Shown piece after piece: positions 52,345 to 64,000 of a stretch of DNA of 64,000 nt. The stretch comes from Utricularia gibba. Taxonomy: Eukaryota > Plantae > Magnoliophyta. The translations under genes were made by a program, and so were the position numbers. Positions within the stretch are counted from its first letter, which is position 1. The number at the start of each line of letters is the position of its first letter. The notes below the pieces were generated by a model. It saw only the letters and a program-made list of their open reading frames with translations, did not search any database and was not told where the DNA came from. The DNA lies in assembly GCA_002189035.1 (NCBI GenBank), contig NEEC01000004.1:4898001-4962000 (forward strand). The letters are read 5' to 3'.

Positions 52345-52948
52345 TGATGAGCCCCAGGAAGATAATGAAGTGTATTTGAAGAATGATGAGGAGTTTGTCC
52401 AAGTGAACAAATTAGAAAGAAAGATGATTCCACCAGGATCAATGACTAGGAGCAAAACAAAGATGGTTGAAGATACACTTAAGGGTCTACTCAATACCAT
52501 TGGAATCAAACATGGGCTTGAAGACATCCCATCAAAAGGGCTCAACTACTTGAAGATGGACTTAACTTAGAGCATTGGATTTGTTAGACTTTTCTATTTC
52601 ATTTAGTTTGGGTTATGTAATGTTAGAGCCCAATTCTAGAGTATAAATACTCTAGAGATGTACTATTTCATGATCTTTGGTCATTTTATGTATCTTGTGA
52701 GGATTCTCCTCTACTTTGAGTGCTTGAACACTATTAACTTATCAAGCTTTGAGCTTGTGGCGTTCTAGGATTATCACTTCCAATCAATCTCTCTTTTCTG
52801 AAGTGTGGCTCCTAATTTTCTTTGTTTCGAAGTTTGGTTGCAAGAGATTTATTCTCTTGAGGGTAGACTTGGGTGGGTTCTCTTCTAAGCTTCAAAATCA
52901 CCTCTTGTTCGTGGGTTGCTAATCTCTATAGATTGGAGGGTCACATCA
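52345..52948 (+). repeat. 5' LTR (604 bp, TGATG...CATCA)
   Basis: Perfect 5-bp terminal inverted repeat, followed by the PBS. Confidence 0.95.
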
Positions 52949-52951
52949 TTT

Positions 52952-52963
52952 TGGTATCAGAGC
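52952..52963 (+). promoter_or_regulatory. Primer binding site, initiator tRNA-Met
   Basis: TGGTATCAGAGC, 3 nt after the 5' LTR. Confidence 0.93.
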
Positions 52964-53774
52964 TTTGGGTTCCTTATCCTTATTAATATCCAGTTCTTGT
53001 TTGAGTTCTTCCATTCCTGCCTATTCAAAAAAAAAAAAAAAAAAAACGTTCAAGCCAAGTCCTTATTACTTTTGGCTTTAGCACAAAAAAAAGGGGTTCA
53101 CAGGAAGTTGATTGAAGAAGAGCTCGAAATTGAGTGTCAATTGAATAGCAAGAACACATTGAATATCATTTTCAAGTGTGTAAGAGGATAAGGAGTGTGA
53201 AGGTGAACATCCATTACCCATCACTATCATCCATTATTATGTATGTTTAAATTGTGGCCCACCTCTCTACTTTTCCCATTCCACCAAGCAACCACTTTAT
53301 TGTTGTTTTTCTTATCTTCAATTCCCATCCCCTGTCATTCACGTGTCCCCACCTTTCCATTTGACTATTATCTTTGTTGATTGCCCATTCCTGTATTTCT
53401 ATAGTTTAGCAAGCAACACATTTCGTGTGTAGTGCTCTATTCTCTGATTTCATCTGTTCTTACCTTGTTGTCCATCCTTCCTATTTATCTATTCCAACAA
53501 GCAACCAATTTAATTTAAACACTTCCCTTTGTCTCCATCTTGAGACTATTAATACTGCCACCCTCACCTAACTCCATCATTACACTATAATCAATACCAA
53601 TCTGGAAGTGATTAATTCGTTAGATGCCATGAGAACAAGCATGATGACATTAAAGAGTGCATCAAGGACTTGAAGCTTGAGGATTGAGTGGTAAATCTTG
53701 TGTGTGTTTCTTTGTTCTTTTAGTTTAGTCTCTTTTCTTCCTTGCTGCTCGTTTTCTTTTGTCCTGTATTTAGG

Positions 53775-56700
53775 ATGTCAAATTCCAGAAGTAAGCATGA
53801 AAAGGATGACTCACCGGATGGGAGGTTCACTTTGAAAGCTATGCAACAGGAGTTCACTAGATTGCATCGCATTTTGGAAAACATAAATGTCAGGCTTGAT
53901 GAACACGAAAATTCTTTGCAAAATGTTGCAAGAGCACGAAGACAAGATAATTATGCTGCTGGAAGGGGTCGAGGTAGTCAATTGCATCAACGCATCAACA
54001 CTGAACATGACTTAAGTGATCAACGAAGTGCAAGGACTGTTGGAAGAAGAGATCGAACCCTGAATACTGATGAAGAAGATGACTACATTGAACATAGTGA
54101 AAATGATTTTGTGCATGGGGATACCAGAAGATTTCGAGATCAGGGAGGTAGAAGAGATGGAGGAAGAATTGGAAAGGATGTTAGCAACATCAAGATGAAG
54201 ATACCTCAATTTCAAGGAAAGAATGATCCAGATGCATATCTCTAATGGGAAACAAGAGTAGAACATGTCTTTGATTGCAACACCTTCTCTGACGAAAAGA
54301 AAATCAGATTGGCCTCCATGGAATTTAGTGACTATGCTGTCATTTGGTGGGATCAATTGGTGGCTAAAAGAAGGATTGACTCTGAAGAACCAATTCACAC
54401 TTGGGCTGAGATGAAAAGAGTTATGAGGAGGCGGTTTGTTCCAAACCATTACCAAAGAGATGCTTATCAACGTTTGCAAAATCTCAAGCAGGGCTCAAGG
54501 CCAGTGGAGGAATATTGGCAGGAAATGGAGATCTTAATGATTAGAGCTCATGTTCATGAAGATAGAGAAGCAACTATGGCTAGGTTTCTTCATGGGATGA
54601 ATAAGGAGATTACGAATATTGTGGAGCTTCATCACTACATTGAGATGGAGGACATGATTCATATGGCCACAAAGGTTGAGAAACAACTATCTAGCAAGAG
54701 TTTCGCAAGAGATTTCAACAAGAGGACTTCTGGTTCGAAATTTGAGGGCACCAATGAGATGATGGAGAGAAATAAAGGGAAGTCATCCATGGAATACTTC
54801 AAATTCGACATCCCATCAAGCTCCAAGCAAGGGGAGCGAACAACACCTCCAAAGGGAACTACCAGAAACATAAAATGTTTCAAATGCTTGGGGCTTGGAC
54901 ATATTGCTTATGAATGCCCAAATAAACGAGCAATGGTGATTAGGGGCAATGGCGAAGTTGTTAGTGAAGATGATGATGATCTAGTGGAGACAGAAGCTGA
55001 AGTGAGTGATGAGGATGAATTGCCTGTTTCTGGAGAAGTATTAGTCACTCGAAGGACACTTAACATTGGAGTGAAGGATAATGATGAGCAAAAGGAGAAC
55101 TTGTTTCAAACCCGATGCTTTGTTAATGGGAAAGTTTGCAGCCTGATTATTGATGGAGGTAGTTGCACCAATGTTGCCAGCAACATCTTGGTGGAGAAAT
55201 TGGGACTACAAACCGTGAGGCATCCTAAGCCTTACAATCTGCAGTGGTTCAATGAAGGAAGTGAGGTAAAGGTTACCAAACAAGTGCTTGTGACGTTTTC
55301 CATAGGGAGATATGAAGATGAAGTCCTATGTGATGTTGTTCCTATGCATGCAAGCCATATTCTTCTTGGGAGACCTTGGGAATATGATAGAAGAGCATTT
55401 CATGATGGTTTCAAGAACAAATATTCCTTCAATTATAATGGACGCTCCATCACACTTGCTTCATTATCTCCAAAGGAGGCATATGAAGATCAAGTCAGAA
55501 TTCTGAGTGATGCTAGAGCCTTTCATACTGATAATGGAAAGCACAAGGTGGTCGTTCCTAAGGGAGAAGAGATGAGTGGAGTGAAAATGAGTGAAAAAAA
55601 GATGCGAAAAAGTGGAGAAAAAAGAAGAGATGGCAAGGAATTGAGTGGAAAAAAGGATGAAAATGAGCACAAAACAGAGAGTGGAAACATGAGAGTTTTA
55701 GAAATTGAGAGAAAGAATGAGAGTCTATTAGCAAGGCCAAGTGAGATTAGACACTTACTTCATGCTAGGCAACCATTCATTCTACTCATGTATAAGGATG
55801 AAGTTCCTACTTCACCTAACCATGCTTCATCCATTCCATCTTGTGTTGTGTCTCTCTTACAGGTATATGAAGATGTTTTTCCAGAAGAACTTCAAGGCTT
55901 ACCTCCCCTTAGAGGGATTGAGCATCAAATTGACCTTGTCCCTGGACCACAACTCCCAAACCGACCAGCATACCGAGCCAATCCAGAGGAGACGAAGGAA
56001 ATACAAAAACAAGTTGAGGAATTGGTGTCTAAAGGATTTGTGCGTGAGAGCATGAGTCCTTGCTCGGTGCCGGTGTTATTGGTTCCAAAGTCTGATGGAA
56101 CTTGGCGGATGTGCACTGATTGTCGCGCCATCAACAACATCACAATCAAGTATAGACATCCTATCCCTAGACTTGAAGATATGTTTGATGAGTTGCATGG
56201 TGCTTGTGTTTTTAGTAAGATTGATTTGAGAAGTGGATATCATCAGATTAGAATGAAGGAAGGTGATGAGTGGAAAACTGCTTTTAAAACTAAGTTTGGT
56301 TTGTATGAGTGGCCACTTTATTTTGCTGAATAATTGTCCTTTCCCCGTACGGATTGGAGTACGAAAGGCCCACATGCCTTTTGGGTTAACCAATGCTCCT
56401 AGCACCTTTATGAGATTGATGAATCACGTTTTTAGGTCTTTTATAGGTAGATTTGTTGTTGTTTATTTTGATGATATTCTGATTATAGTAAAAGTATTGA
56501 GGAACATGTAGGGCATTTGAAAGATGTGTTAGATACTCTTAAAAAAGAGAAGTTGTTTGCTAATATCAAGAAGTGTGTCTTTTGCACAAATAGTGTCTCT
56601 TTTCTTGGATATGTTGTAAGTAATGCAGGAGTAGCTGTGGATGAAGAGAAAGTAAGAGCAATCAAAGAATGGCCAACACCTACATCAGTGGGTGAAGTTA

Positions 56701-58744
56701 GGAGTTTTCATGGTTTAGCAAGTTTCTATAGACGGTTTGTTAGGGACTTCAGTTCTATAGCAGCACCCCTCACCCAGTTGATCAAGAAAAATCATGCATT
56801 TCATTGGGGAGATGAGCAGGAACATGCTTTCAAACAACTCAAGAATAAGCTTTGCTCAACACCTCTCCTAGCACTTCCAAATTTTTCTAATACTTTTGAA
56901 ATTGAATGTGATGCATCAGGTTTAGGGATTGGTGCTGTGTTGATGCAAAAGGGACGTCCACTTGCTTATTTTAGTGAGAAGCTTCATGGTGCCACCCTCA
57001 ACTATCCAACATATGACAAAGAGTTGTATGCGTTGGTTAGAGCTTTGGAGACATGGCAGCACTACTTATGGCCTAAGGAGTTCGTGATACACACTGATCA
57101 TGAGTCTCTCAAACATTTGAAGGCTCAAGTAAAGCTGAATAGAAGTCATGCTAAGTGGGTGGAATTCATTGACACATTCCCATATGTGATCAAATACAAG
57201 AAAGGTAAGGAGAATGTGGTTGTTGATCCTTTATCTCGAAGGTACACTCTCTTAGCCAATCTTGATGCAAGAATTCTTGGATTTGTTTCCATCATTGACT
57301 TATATGTTCATGATCACGATTTTGGGGATATTTATAAGGCATGTGAACTTGCTTCATCTGGACTATTCTTTAGGAAAGATGGTTTTCTTTATAGGAAAGA
57401 TAGGTTGTGCATTCCTTCTTGCTCCATACGTGATTTGATTGTTAGAGAAGCTCATGGTGGGGGACTAATGGGACATTTTGGTGTTAAAAAGACTCTTGAT
57501 ACTCTCACCCAACATTTCTTTTGGTCACACATGAGAAGGGATGTTGAAAGAATTTGTTCTAGATGTATCTCTTGTAGGAAGGCTAAATCAACCACTGCCT
57601 CTAATGGTTTGTATACTCCACTCCCTACTCCTTCCCAACCATGGGTGGACATTTCTATGGACTTTGTTTTAGGCTTACCTCGTACCCAAAGGGGTAGAGA
57701 TTCAATTTTCGTTGTTGTGGACAGGTTTTCAAAGATGGCACACTTTATTCCCTGCCATAAAACTGATGATGCATCTCATGTGGCTGATCTCTTCTTTAGG
57801 GAAGTTGTTAGACTTCATGGTATGCCCCTAACTATTGTCTCTGATCGAGATGCAAGGTTTCTTAGTCACTTTTGGAGAGTTCTTTGGAGTAAACTTGGCA
57901 CTAAGCTGTTATACTCAACAACATGTCACCCTCAAACTAATGGGCAAACTGAGGTAACTAATCGCACACTTTCTACCTTAGGATTATGATTAAATCAAAT
58001 CTTAAGACTTGGGAGGAATGTTTGCCACTTGTTGAGTTTGCTTACAATAGAACCATGCATCTGACAACTAAATTATCTCCATTTGAAGTCGTTTATGGTT
58101 TTAATCCTCTTACACCTTTGGATATGTTACCTTTGCCTTGTGATGAGAAAGTTAGTTTAGATGGCAAGAAGAGAGCTGATGCAATCAGAAGATTGCATGA
58201 AAAGGTGAAACAACAGATTGAATGCAACAATGCAAAGTATGCATCAGCAGCAAACAAGGGGAGACGCAAAGTTGTATTTGAACCTGGAGATTGGGTTTGG
58301 CTTCATCTTAGGAAGGAGAGATTTCCCACAAAGAGAAAGTCCAAACTTCTACCTCGTGGAGATGGCCCTTTCCAAGTTGTTGAGCGCGTTAATGATAATG
58401 CGTACAAGCTAGATTTACCAGGTGAGTATTCTGTTCATTCAACTTTCAATGTTGCTGATTTGTCTCTTTTTGACATGGATACAGATTCAGGGACGAATCT
58501 TCCTAAAGAAAGGGGGGATGATGAGCCCCAGGAAGATAATGAAATGTATTTGAAGAATGATGAGGAGTTTGTCCAAGTGAACAAATTAGAAAGAAAGATG
58601 ATTCCACTAGGACCAATGACTAGGAGCAAGACAAAGATGGTTGAAGATACACTTAAGGGTCTACTAAATACCATTGGAATCAAACATGAGTTTGAAGACA
58701 TCCCATCAAAAGAGCTCAACTACTTGAAGATGGACTTAACTTAG
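53775..58744 (+). pseudogene. gag-pol polyprotein, disrupted
   Basis: KMKIPQFQGKNDPDAYL*WE (stop at 54243-54245), CFKCLGLGHIAYEC, LIIDGGS, YFDD, RNase H IECDASG and integrase H..H..C..C / VDRFSK. Insertion at ~56314-56372; frameshifts near 56482 and 57980. Confidence 0.93.
58505..58518 (+). promoter_or_regulatory. Polypurine tract
   Basis: aaagaaagggggga immediately before the 3' LTR. Confidence 0.9.
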
Positions 58745-59119
58745 AGCATTGGGCTTGTTAGACTTTTCTATTTCATTTAGTTTGAGCTATGTAATGTTAG
58801 ATCCCAATTCTAGAGTATAAATACTCTAGAGATGTACTATTTCAGGATCTTTGGCCATTTTATGTATTTTGTGAAGATTATCCTCTCCTTTGAGTGCTTA
58901 AACACTCTTAACTTATCAAGCTTTGAGCTTGTGGCGTTCTAGGATTATCACTTCCAATCAATCTCTCTTTTCTGAAGTGTGGCTCCTAATTTTCTTTGTT
59001 TCGAAGTTTGGTTGCAAGAGATTTATTCTCTTGAGGGTAGACTTGGGTGGGTTCTCTTCTAAACTTCAAAATCACCTCTTGTTCGTGGGTTGCTAATCTC
59101 TATAGATTGGAGAGTCACA
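58519..59119 (+). repeat. 3' LTR (601 bp, terminal TCA missing)
   Basis: Colinear with the 5' LTR with ~23 substitutions by manual count. Ends gtcaca instead of gtcacatca. Confidence 0.93.
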
Positions 59120-59555
59120 AACCAATTCATGCACTAATTCCTAAACCATCGAATTCGCATTCTCAGCATAACAAAAATCGGAAAACCAAAATGATAATCC
59201 GGAAAATCGAATCATTTACAAATCTGATCATCCGAAAATTTCTATCTCACACATTAAGACATCGAAATTACGTTAAAGTTGGTCCATTTTATCACATGCA
59301 TATTATCACACCTAGCAAAATTTGCTCGACTGATTTCACCCTTTTCATCTCCACATGTTGTGTTCATGAGACCCTTTAAATTGAATCATTTACAAATTTG
59401 AGTCCCTTCGTTTTCACAAAAAAATTATATTAAAGTGGTCCAGTTTTTCACAGAAATAGGTGATTAAATTTATGAATCATCCCTTTAAACGTTGTGTCTC
59501 AGCGACATGTGCGCCCCTCTCCGTACCCAGAAAAAAAGACTGTTAGGGGGGTTAG
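59116..59555 (+). repeat. 440-bp direct repeat, right copy (carries the empty insertion site)
   Basis: Ends gttag, the same 5 bases that precede the 5' LTR, then continues into non-LTR sequence gccccc. Confidence 0.95.
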
Positions 59556-60756
59556 GCCCCCATGTCGGCCCCCTCATTGACGTGTCCCAACATTCCATGT
59601 TCTTGGAACAGAAGATAAGGGTATGTATCAAATTAAAGATCTTTTGAATTGAGGGATCAAGTATTTGAAATTGAAACACATAAAATAATATAAATTTAAT
59701 TCGATAAATTAAACTCAACAATATATATTATATGATTTACCATCATTAACTCCAACGTTCCATTTCATATAATAAAAAAAATACAAATATTTTCATTGTT
59801 TAATTTTGTGGTGAGTGGAAACGTGCCATTTATTGCATTTCCTTGCAACAGGTTCTATCAAAATTGGAGGTGCTGTTGCCGCAGCACATTTTAATGCAAT
59901 CGTTGTACTCTTCTGACACCTTGCATCAAATTTCAGGCAATTTGAAAAAAAAAAATTCCCTGCCACAACATAAAAACTAATTTTTAATATGCTCTCTATG
60001 TAGTGGTATATTTTAATTTGTTAGAAATTAAATGTCTGTAAGGTTAGGTGTCTGTTTCAAATAAATTGTGATTTTATAAAAAAATTTTAATTATATAGTC
60101 AAACATTAATGATTCCCATTTAAAAAATAATAAAATAGTATTTTTTAAAAAATGCATATTCCTAATCACTATTTTATTATATAGTTTCTATCAAAAAGTA
60201 ATTTTGGAGAATTATTTATATATTCATTTTTCATAATCAAAATTCTACTTATATGATATTGTACATTTCGAATAAAAAATCATACAATTCTCATAGTTTT
60301 ACATTTTAATCATCTTTGATTAGGAGCTTCCTAAATGATCACTTATCCTAAAGTTATTTTGGATCAAGCATATTTAATTTTAAAGTTTCTACAGATAGTG
60401 TATTTGTGAAAAAATTTCATACAAGATTTGTGTGATTATTCTAATCAATTTCATCATTTACTTCCTTTGTAATTGATGTGAAATTCTTAATTAATGAATA
60501 TTATTTATTATAATCAGTCTAGATGGAAAACGACCGAAACGTTGTGAATCGAATTTTACACATGTAGAGAAAATGCGAGATTCCCACAACAGGGAAGAAC
60601 AAAATGACGTTTCATGAAATTTCAACCCCACCTTCAAACATTTCAAATATAAAAAAGACAAGGTAAAAATGTACAACTTCACCTCTTTATTTATTTTCCA
60701 TCCAGGTAAGAATCGCAGAGTTCGAGTGAGTATGGGGCTTCAGGGCCCTGCGCCAA

Positions 60757-62283
60757 CTAGAGCTTCACAACTTCTGGAATAGAGACCGGAAACTTATCAA
60801 TGCAATCCTTCCAGGGACCGTCGACCGGAGTTTTGATCGTGCGGTTGCATTTCCAGACTGCGCTGTTGCATTTAAACCCACTTCCAAACGCGATTTGCCA
60901 AACCTTGTTACCCTTCTTCATCCTCCCTTTAGCCTCTATGTAAGCGAGCTCGTACCAAATGGAAGACGAGGACGTGTTCCCGAACCGGTAGAGCGACATA
61001 CGCGAAGCTTCAACGTGCTCCGGGGAGAGCTCGAGGCTTTTCTGGAGCTCATCGATCACTGCCCGGCCGCCGGCGTGGATGCAGAAGTGATCGAAGGCTT
61101 GTTTGAAGTCAGGGGCGTAGAGCTTCCATGTAGGGTTGATCATCTTTCTTCCTATGAAGGAAAGCGCGAATAAGAGCTTCTCCGACGGTGGAAGTGCTAG
61201 AGGTCCAATAGTAACTATGTTCGACTTCAGCGCTCTTCCGGCGGTGACCATCAAGTCCTTCGACAAGTGTACGCCCACTGTGCCTTCGGAGTCTTCTTGC
61301 TGGAATACACATCTGTAGGAGCTGTCATCGGCACCCTTATGGGTTCGAACGACGTGGAGGAGTTCGTACTTGGCACGTCGGCGATCGCGGGCCTTGTTGG
61401 AGAGGAGCATCGCAGCGGCACCCATGCGAAAGATGCAGTTGGGCAAGAGCATGGTTCTATCCGCGCCTTCGTAGTTATTGAGAGTAATGATTTCCGTACT
61501 GACAACAAGTGCACAGGAATTGGGATGCGCCTGAAGCAGATCCTTAGCTAAATCAATCGAAATCACACCGGCGCTGCACCCCATTCCCGAAAGATTGAAG
61601 CTCTTGATGTTACTCCTGAGCTTGTACTTATTCACGATCATCGCTGATAATGACGGCGTCGGCGAGAACAGGCTGCAGTTGACGACCAAAATATCAATTT
61701 CCCTTGGCCTCAGCCCTGTTTTCCTCATCAGATTATCAATCGCAGAGAACATGACCAATTCACCTTCCTCCCGAGCTTTCTCCATCGTTGGTTTGGGCGG
61801 GATGTAGTGCATCGCCGGTGGCAACGATGTTTCCTCTCCAAGTCCCGATCGTTCAAGAATCTTCATCATGAAATCCACGCCTTCAGGGCTATATCTCTGA
61901 AGAAGGTGCGCATGTTCCATGAACGAGGCAAAAGGAACTCTGAAAGTGATGGGCGGCTTGAAACAAGCGAAGTCCACCAGATAAACAGATCGTGGCTTCG
62001 AAAGTAGATAAACGGTGGATCCGAGGACGATGGAAAAACCATAGCATAGAATATAAACGGGATCCAAGTTTAGAGATTCCCAGACACCGATCATCCCCTC
62101 CACCCCGAGACGGCTGAGCTTGGCGGCCACGGCTCCGGCCAGCGGAATCAACAAGAGGGTGAAGAAGTTATTGATGACATACTGGTAACACAACTTGGGG
62201 TACTTCTTCTTCGTTGATGCAGCGGCGGGAGCCATTCTTGTTGTTGCTGTTTGATTCTCCCTATCGGGCGCAAACGGGAACAT
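60757..62283 (-). CDS. KCS6-like: 3-ketoacyl-CoA synthase, KCS5/6 (CER6)-like, copy B; intronless, intact
   Basis: Single 508-aa ORF (alternative start at 62235). [38 protein letters not shown]; ends PEVVKL*. Confidence 0.96.
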   Translation of the reverse strand: MFPFAPDRENQTATTRMAPAAASTKKKYPKLCYQYVINNFFTLLLIPLAGAVAAKLSRLGVEGMIGVWESLNLDPVYILCYGFSIVLGSTVYLLSKPRSVYLVDFACFKPPITFRVPFASFMEHAHLLQRYSPEGVDFMMKILERSGLGEETSLPPAMHYIPPKPTMEKAREEGELVMFSAIDNLMRKTGLRPREIDILVVNCSLFSPTPSLSAMIVNKYKLRSNIKSFNLSGMGCSAGVISIDLAKDLLQAHPNSCALVVSTEIITLNNYEGADRTMLLPNCIFRMGAAAMLLSNKARDRRRAKYELLHVVRTHKGADDSSYRCVFQQEDSEGTVGVHLSKDLMVTAGRALKSNIVTIGPLALPPSEKLLFALSFIGRKMINPTWKLYAPDFKQAFDHFCIHAGGRAVIDELQKSLELSPEHVEASRMSLYRFGNTSSSSIWYELAYIEAKGRMKKGNKVWQIAFGSGFKCNSAVWKCNRTIKTPVDGPWKDCIDKFPVSIPEVVKL

Positions 62284-63112
62284 GATACTTAAAGACCCAA
62301 ACCAAAACCAATGTTTTCCGTTGCATTAAATGGAGAGTTGGGAGTTTGAATTCCAATGACTCATTCCAACACAAAACATCATTTGCTTTTATTTATTTAT
62401 TTATTTTTACCGAAAAAATATAGATATATTTAATTATTAAAACAAAATAAGTATTGGTTGTGGGTTGGTTTAATTTACATTCATGCCCCTATCTGGTGTT
62501 CCCTATCATACCTATTTGCAAATGTAATAGTATTGTAATACTTGATTGAGTCCAACCTAAAAAAATCACAAAATACTCTAATCTATATCTAAAACATTCA
62601 ATTTAATCTATGATATTATTAATGTTATAATACAAAATAACGACAAAATGTGTATTATTATTATTTCTCGAAAATCAATTCTCCAAAGAAGTGATAAAAT
62701 CAAATGGGAGGCTTCTTTTTTTATAACATGAACCACCCACTTCTACGGTTATTAGTATCACTCTTGAGGTTGGTGTCCAACATAAATGGATGTGGGGTTT
62801 TCTTCACCAATCAACAAGAAACAAATGCTACGTCACGCCACATCGACATATTTATGTGCCCATCCAACACCTTGTACCATGTGTTACGTACAAACCTGGG
62901 GTAAACATGCACACACAGACACACACAAAGAGAGACATCTTAGGTAAATCGAAACGTCGGCAAACATGTCCAAAGTGGCGATGCCTGATGTTCGATTCCC
63001 GCTTTGTAATGAACGTTCATAGAACATGATGTTACATTAGACTCCCGAATCGAAAGTGGGCTCCTTTAGGGTTACGCAGTACCTCTGAATGGATGTGAAA
63101 TATGAGGTTACC

Positions 63113-63120
63113 TGCATTTA
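63113..63120 (-). promoter_or_regulatory. Candidate L1 box (TAAATGCA) ~830 bp upstream of KCS copy B
   Basis: Exact TAAATGYA on the gene strand, consistent with an epidermal wax gene. A single 8-mer in AT-rich DNA is weak evidence. Confidence 0.3.
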
Positions 63121-64000
63121 ATTGTACATATCTGGCTTAGTATATAGTTTTAATGATTATTGGCTAATGTGATTCTTCTTTTTTTTTTCATAAAAATAAA
63201 ACATTATGCTTAAAATAACTAGTTTTTTGCCACATATATTACAGGATTATCAGATTTGTAAATAACTCGAAGAGGACGATTTCTCTCTTAAGAGTAAAGA
63301 AAGTAGTGTTTGGTTCTTTTGCAATAGATGTTATTTTGTAAAAATGTTTGGAAATCAATTTCGCAATTAAATAAGTAAAAAGTTAAAAATATTTTTTATT
63401 TCTAAAAGAAGACTACAGAGATAAGTTCTTATCTTATGAGAATAATTTTGATTTATTGTCATGTTTCTTTAAAATTATTCAACATTCTATTTCCCAATGA
63501 TTTATTCTCTATAGTCATATTTCTTTATTATTTCGATGATTCCTAAAAGCTTTCAGGCTTAGATATGTTTTATGTAAGGATCTAATGAGTTGTCACACTT
63601 GATCCAACCATCTGGTGAGCACCCTCGTTGCACATTCTTCAATAAAAAAAAGTTTAATTGTGACAAGAAATTTAAAAATAGGGTAGCATGCATTATTAAG
63701 TTCGCCTGGTCGTCCCTAAAAATGACGATTATCCACCCTGAACGCGACCAAACACCAAAAACAATTTTGATTGGGCCGTCACGTAGAAGACCGTTCTTTC
63801 AACTAGTCCCCGATAGAAACATCAACATGATATCCCATCTTCCTAACTATTTGGTATTAAACCAAACAATCTCATATTAAGATTAATCAGTTGCATCTAA
63901 TTTTTTCTAATCATATCATTAATTTCTACATTTTAGAACATGAAATAACTTAGAAATAATTAAATCAAGGATGATGGACGCGTTTCGTAACATGAAGTGA

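Larger units (their letters stand above)
52345..59119 (+). mobile_element. Ty3/gypsy chromovirus, CRM (centromeric retrotransposon) lineage, near full-length but decayed
   Basis: Paired LTRs, tRNA-Met PBS, PPT, gag with zinc knuckle, protease, RT, RNase H and integrase in gypsy order. The integrase ORF runs into the 3' LTR and contains GPMTRSKTK (CR-motif-like). Confidence 0.95.

Noticed and set aside
54012-57652. Minus-strand ORFs within the retrotransposon
   Set aside because: Short antisense shadows of gag-pol.
51980-59379. Twin ORFs MIIRKIESFT.. and ORF 52283-52570
   Set aside because: By-products of the flank duplication and of the integrase tail encoded in the LTR.
17470-62283. Cuticle biosynthetic gene cluster (ABCG11-like plus two KCS6-like)
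   Set aside because: 30 kb and many unrelated genes separate them and no other wax enzymes are present. Co-location alone is insufficient.
1-64000. tRNA, rRNA, snRNA, CRISPR arrays, organellar insertions
   Set aside because: None recognised by eye. A tRNAscan/Rfam/BLAST run would be needed to exclude degenerate cases.

Overview
Gene-dense stretch of a compact eudicot nuclear genome: GC-richer exons, many 60-90 nt introns and very AT-rich spacers. The species cannot be identified from sequence alone. Genes in order: 3' part of a D-type cyclin, ZF-HD homeobox, GEM/GRAM protein, GH5 glucan 1,3-beta-glucosidase, LMBR1-domain membrane protein, 14-3-3, ABCG half-transporter, five tandem FBW2-like F-box/LRR units (one destroyed), STOP1-like zinc finger, an RLCK kinase, a DTX-type MATE, a small conserved Cys/His protein, a class I glutamine amidotransferase (peptidase C26), and two convergent KCS6/CER6-like ketoacyl-CoA synthases flanking a 6.8 kb decayed CRM-lineage Ty3/gypsy element. 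Also present are two solo LTRs and a MITE-like insertion. Most notable: (1) the FBW2-like array splits into LRR-deleted copies with acidic tails and one full-LRR copy that lacks the tail but carries a new acidic GW-containing insert; (2) a deletion leaves F-box copy 1 without its promoter, with a solo LTR just upstream; (3) the CRM element has no 5-bp TSD but is bracketed by a 440-bp host duplication whose second copy is the empty site; (4) six otherwise intact genes are frameshifted by single missing bases in G/C runs, most likely assembly error. All alignments and counts were done by eye, and homolog comparisons are from memory.
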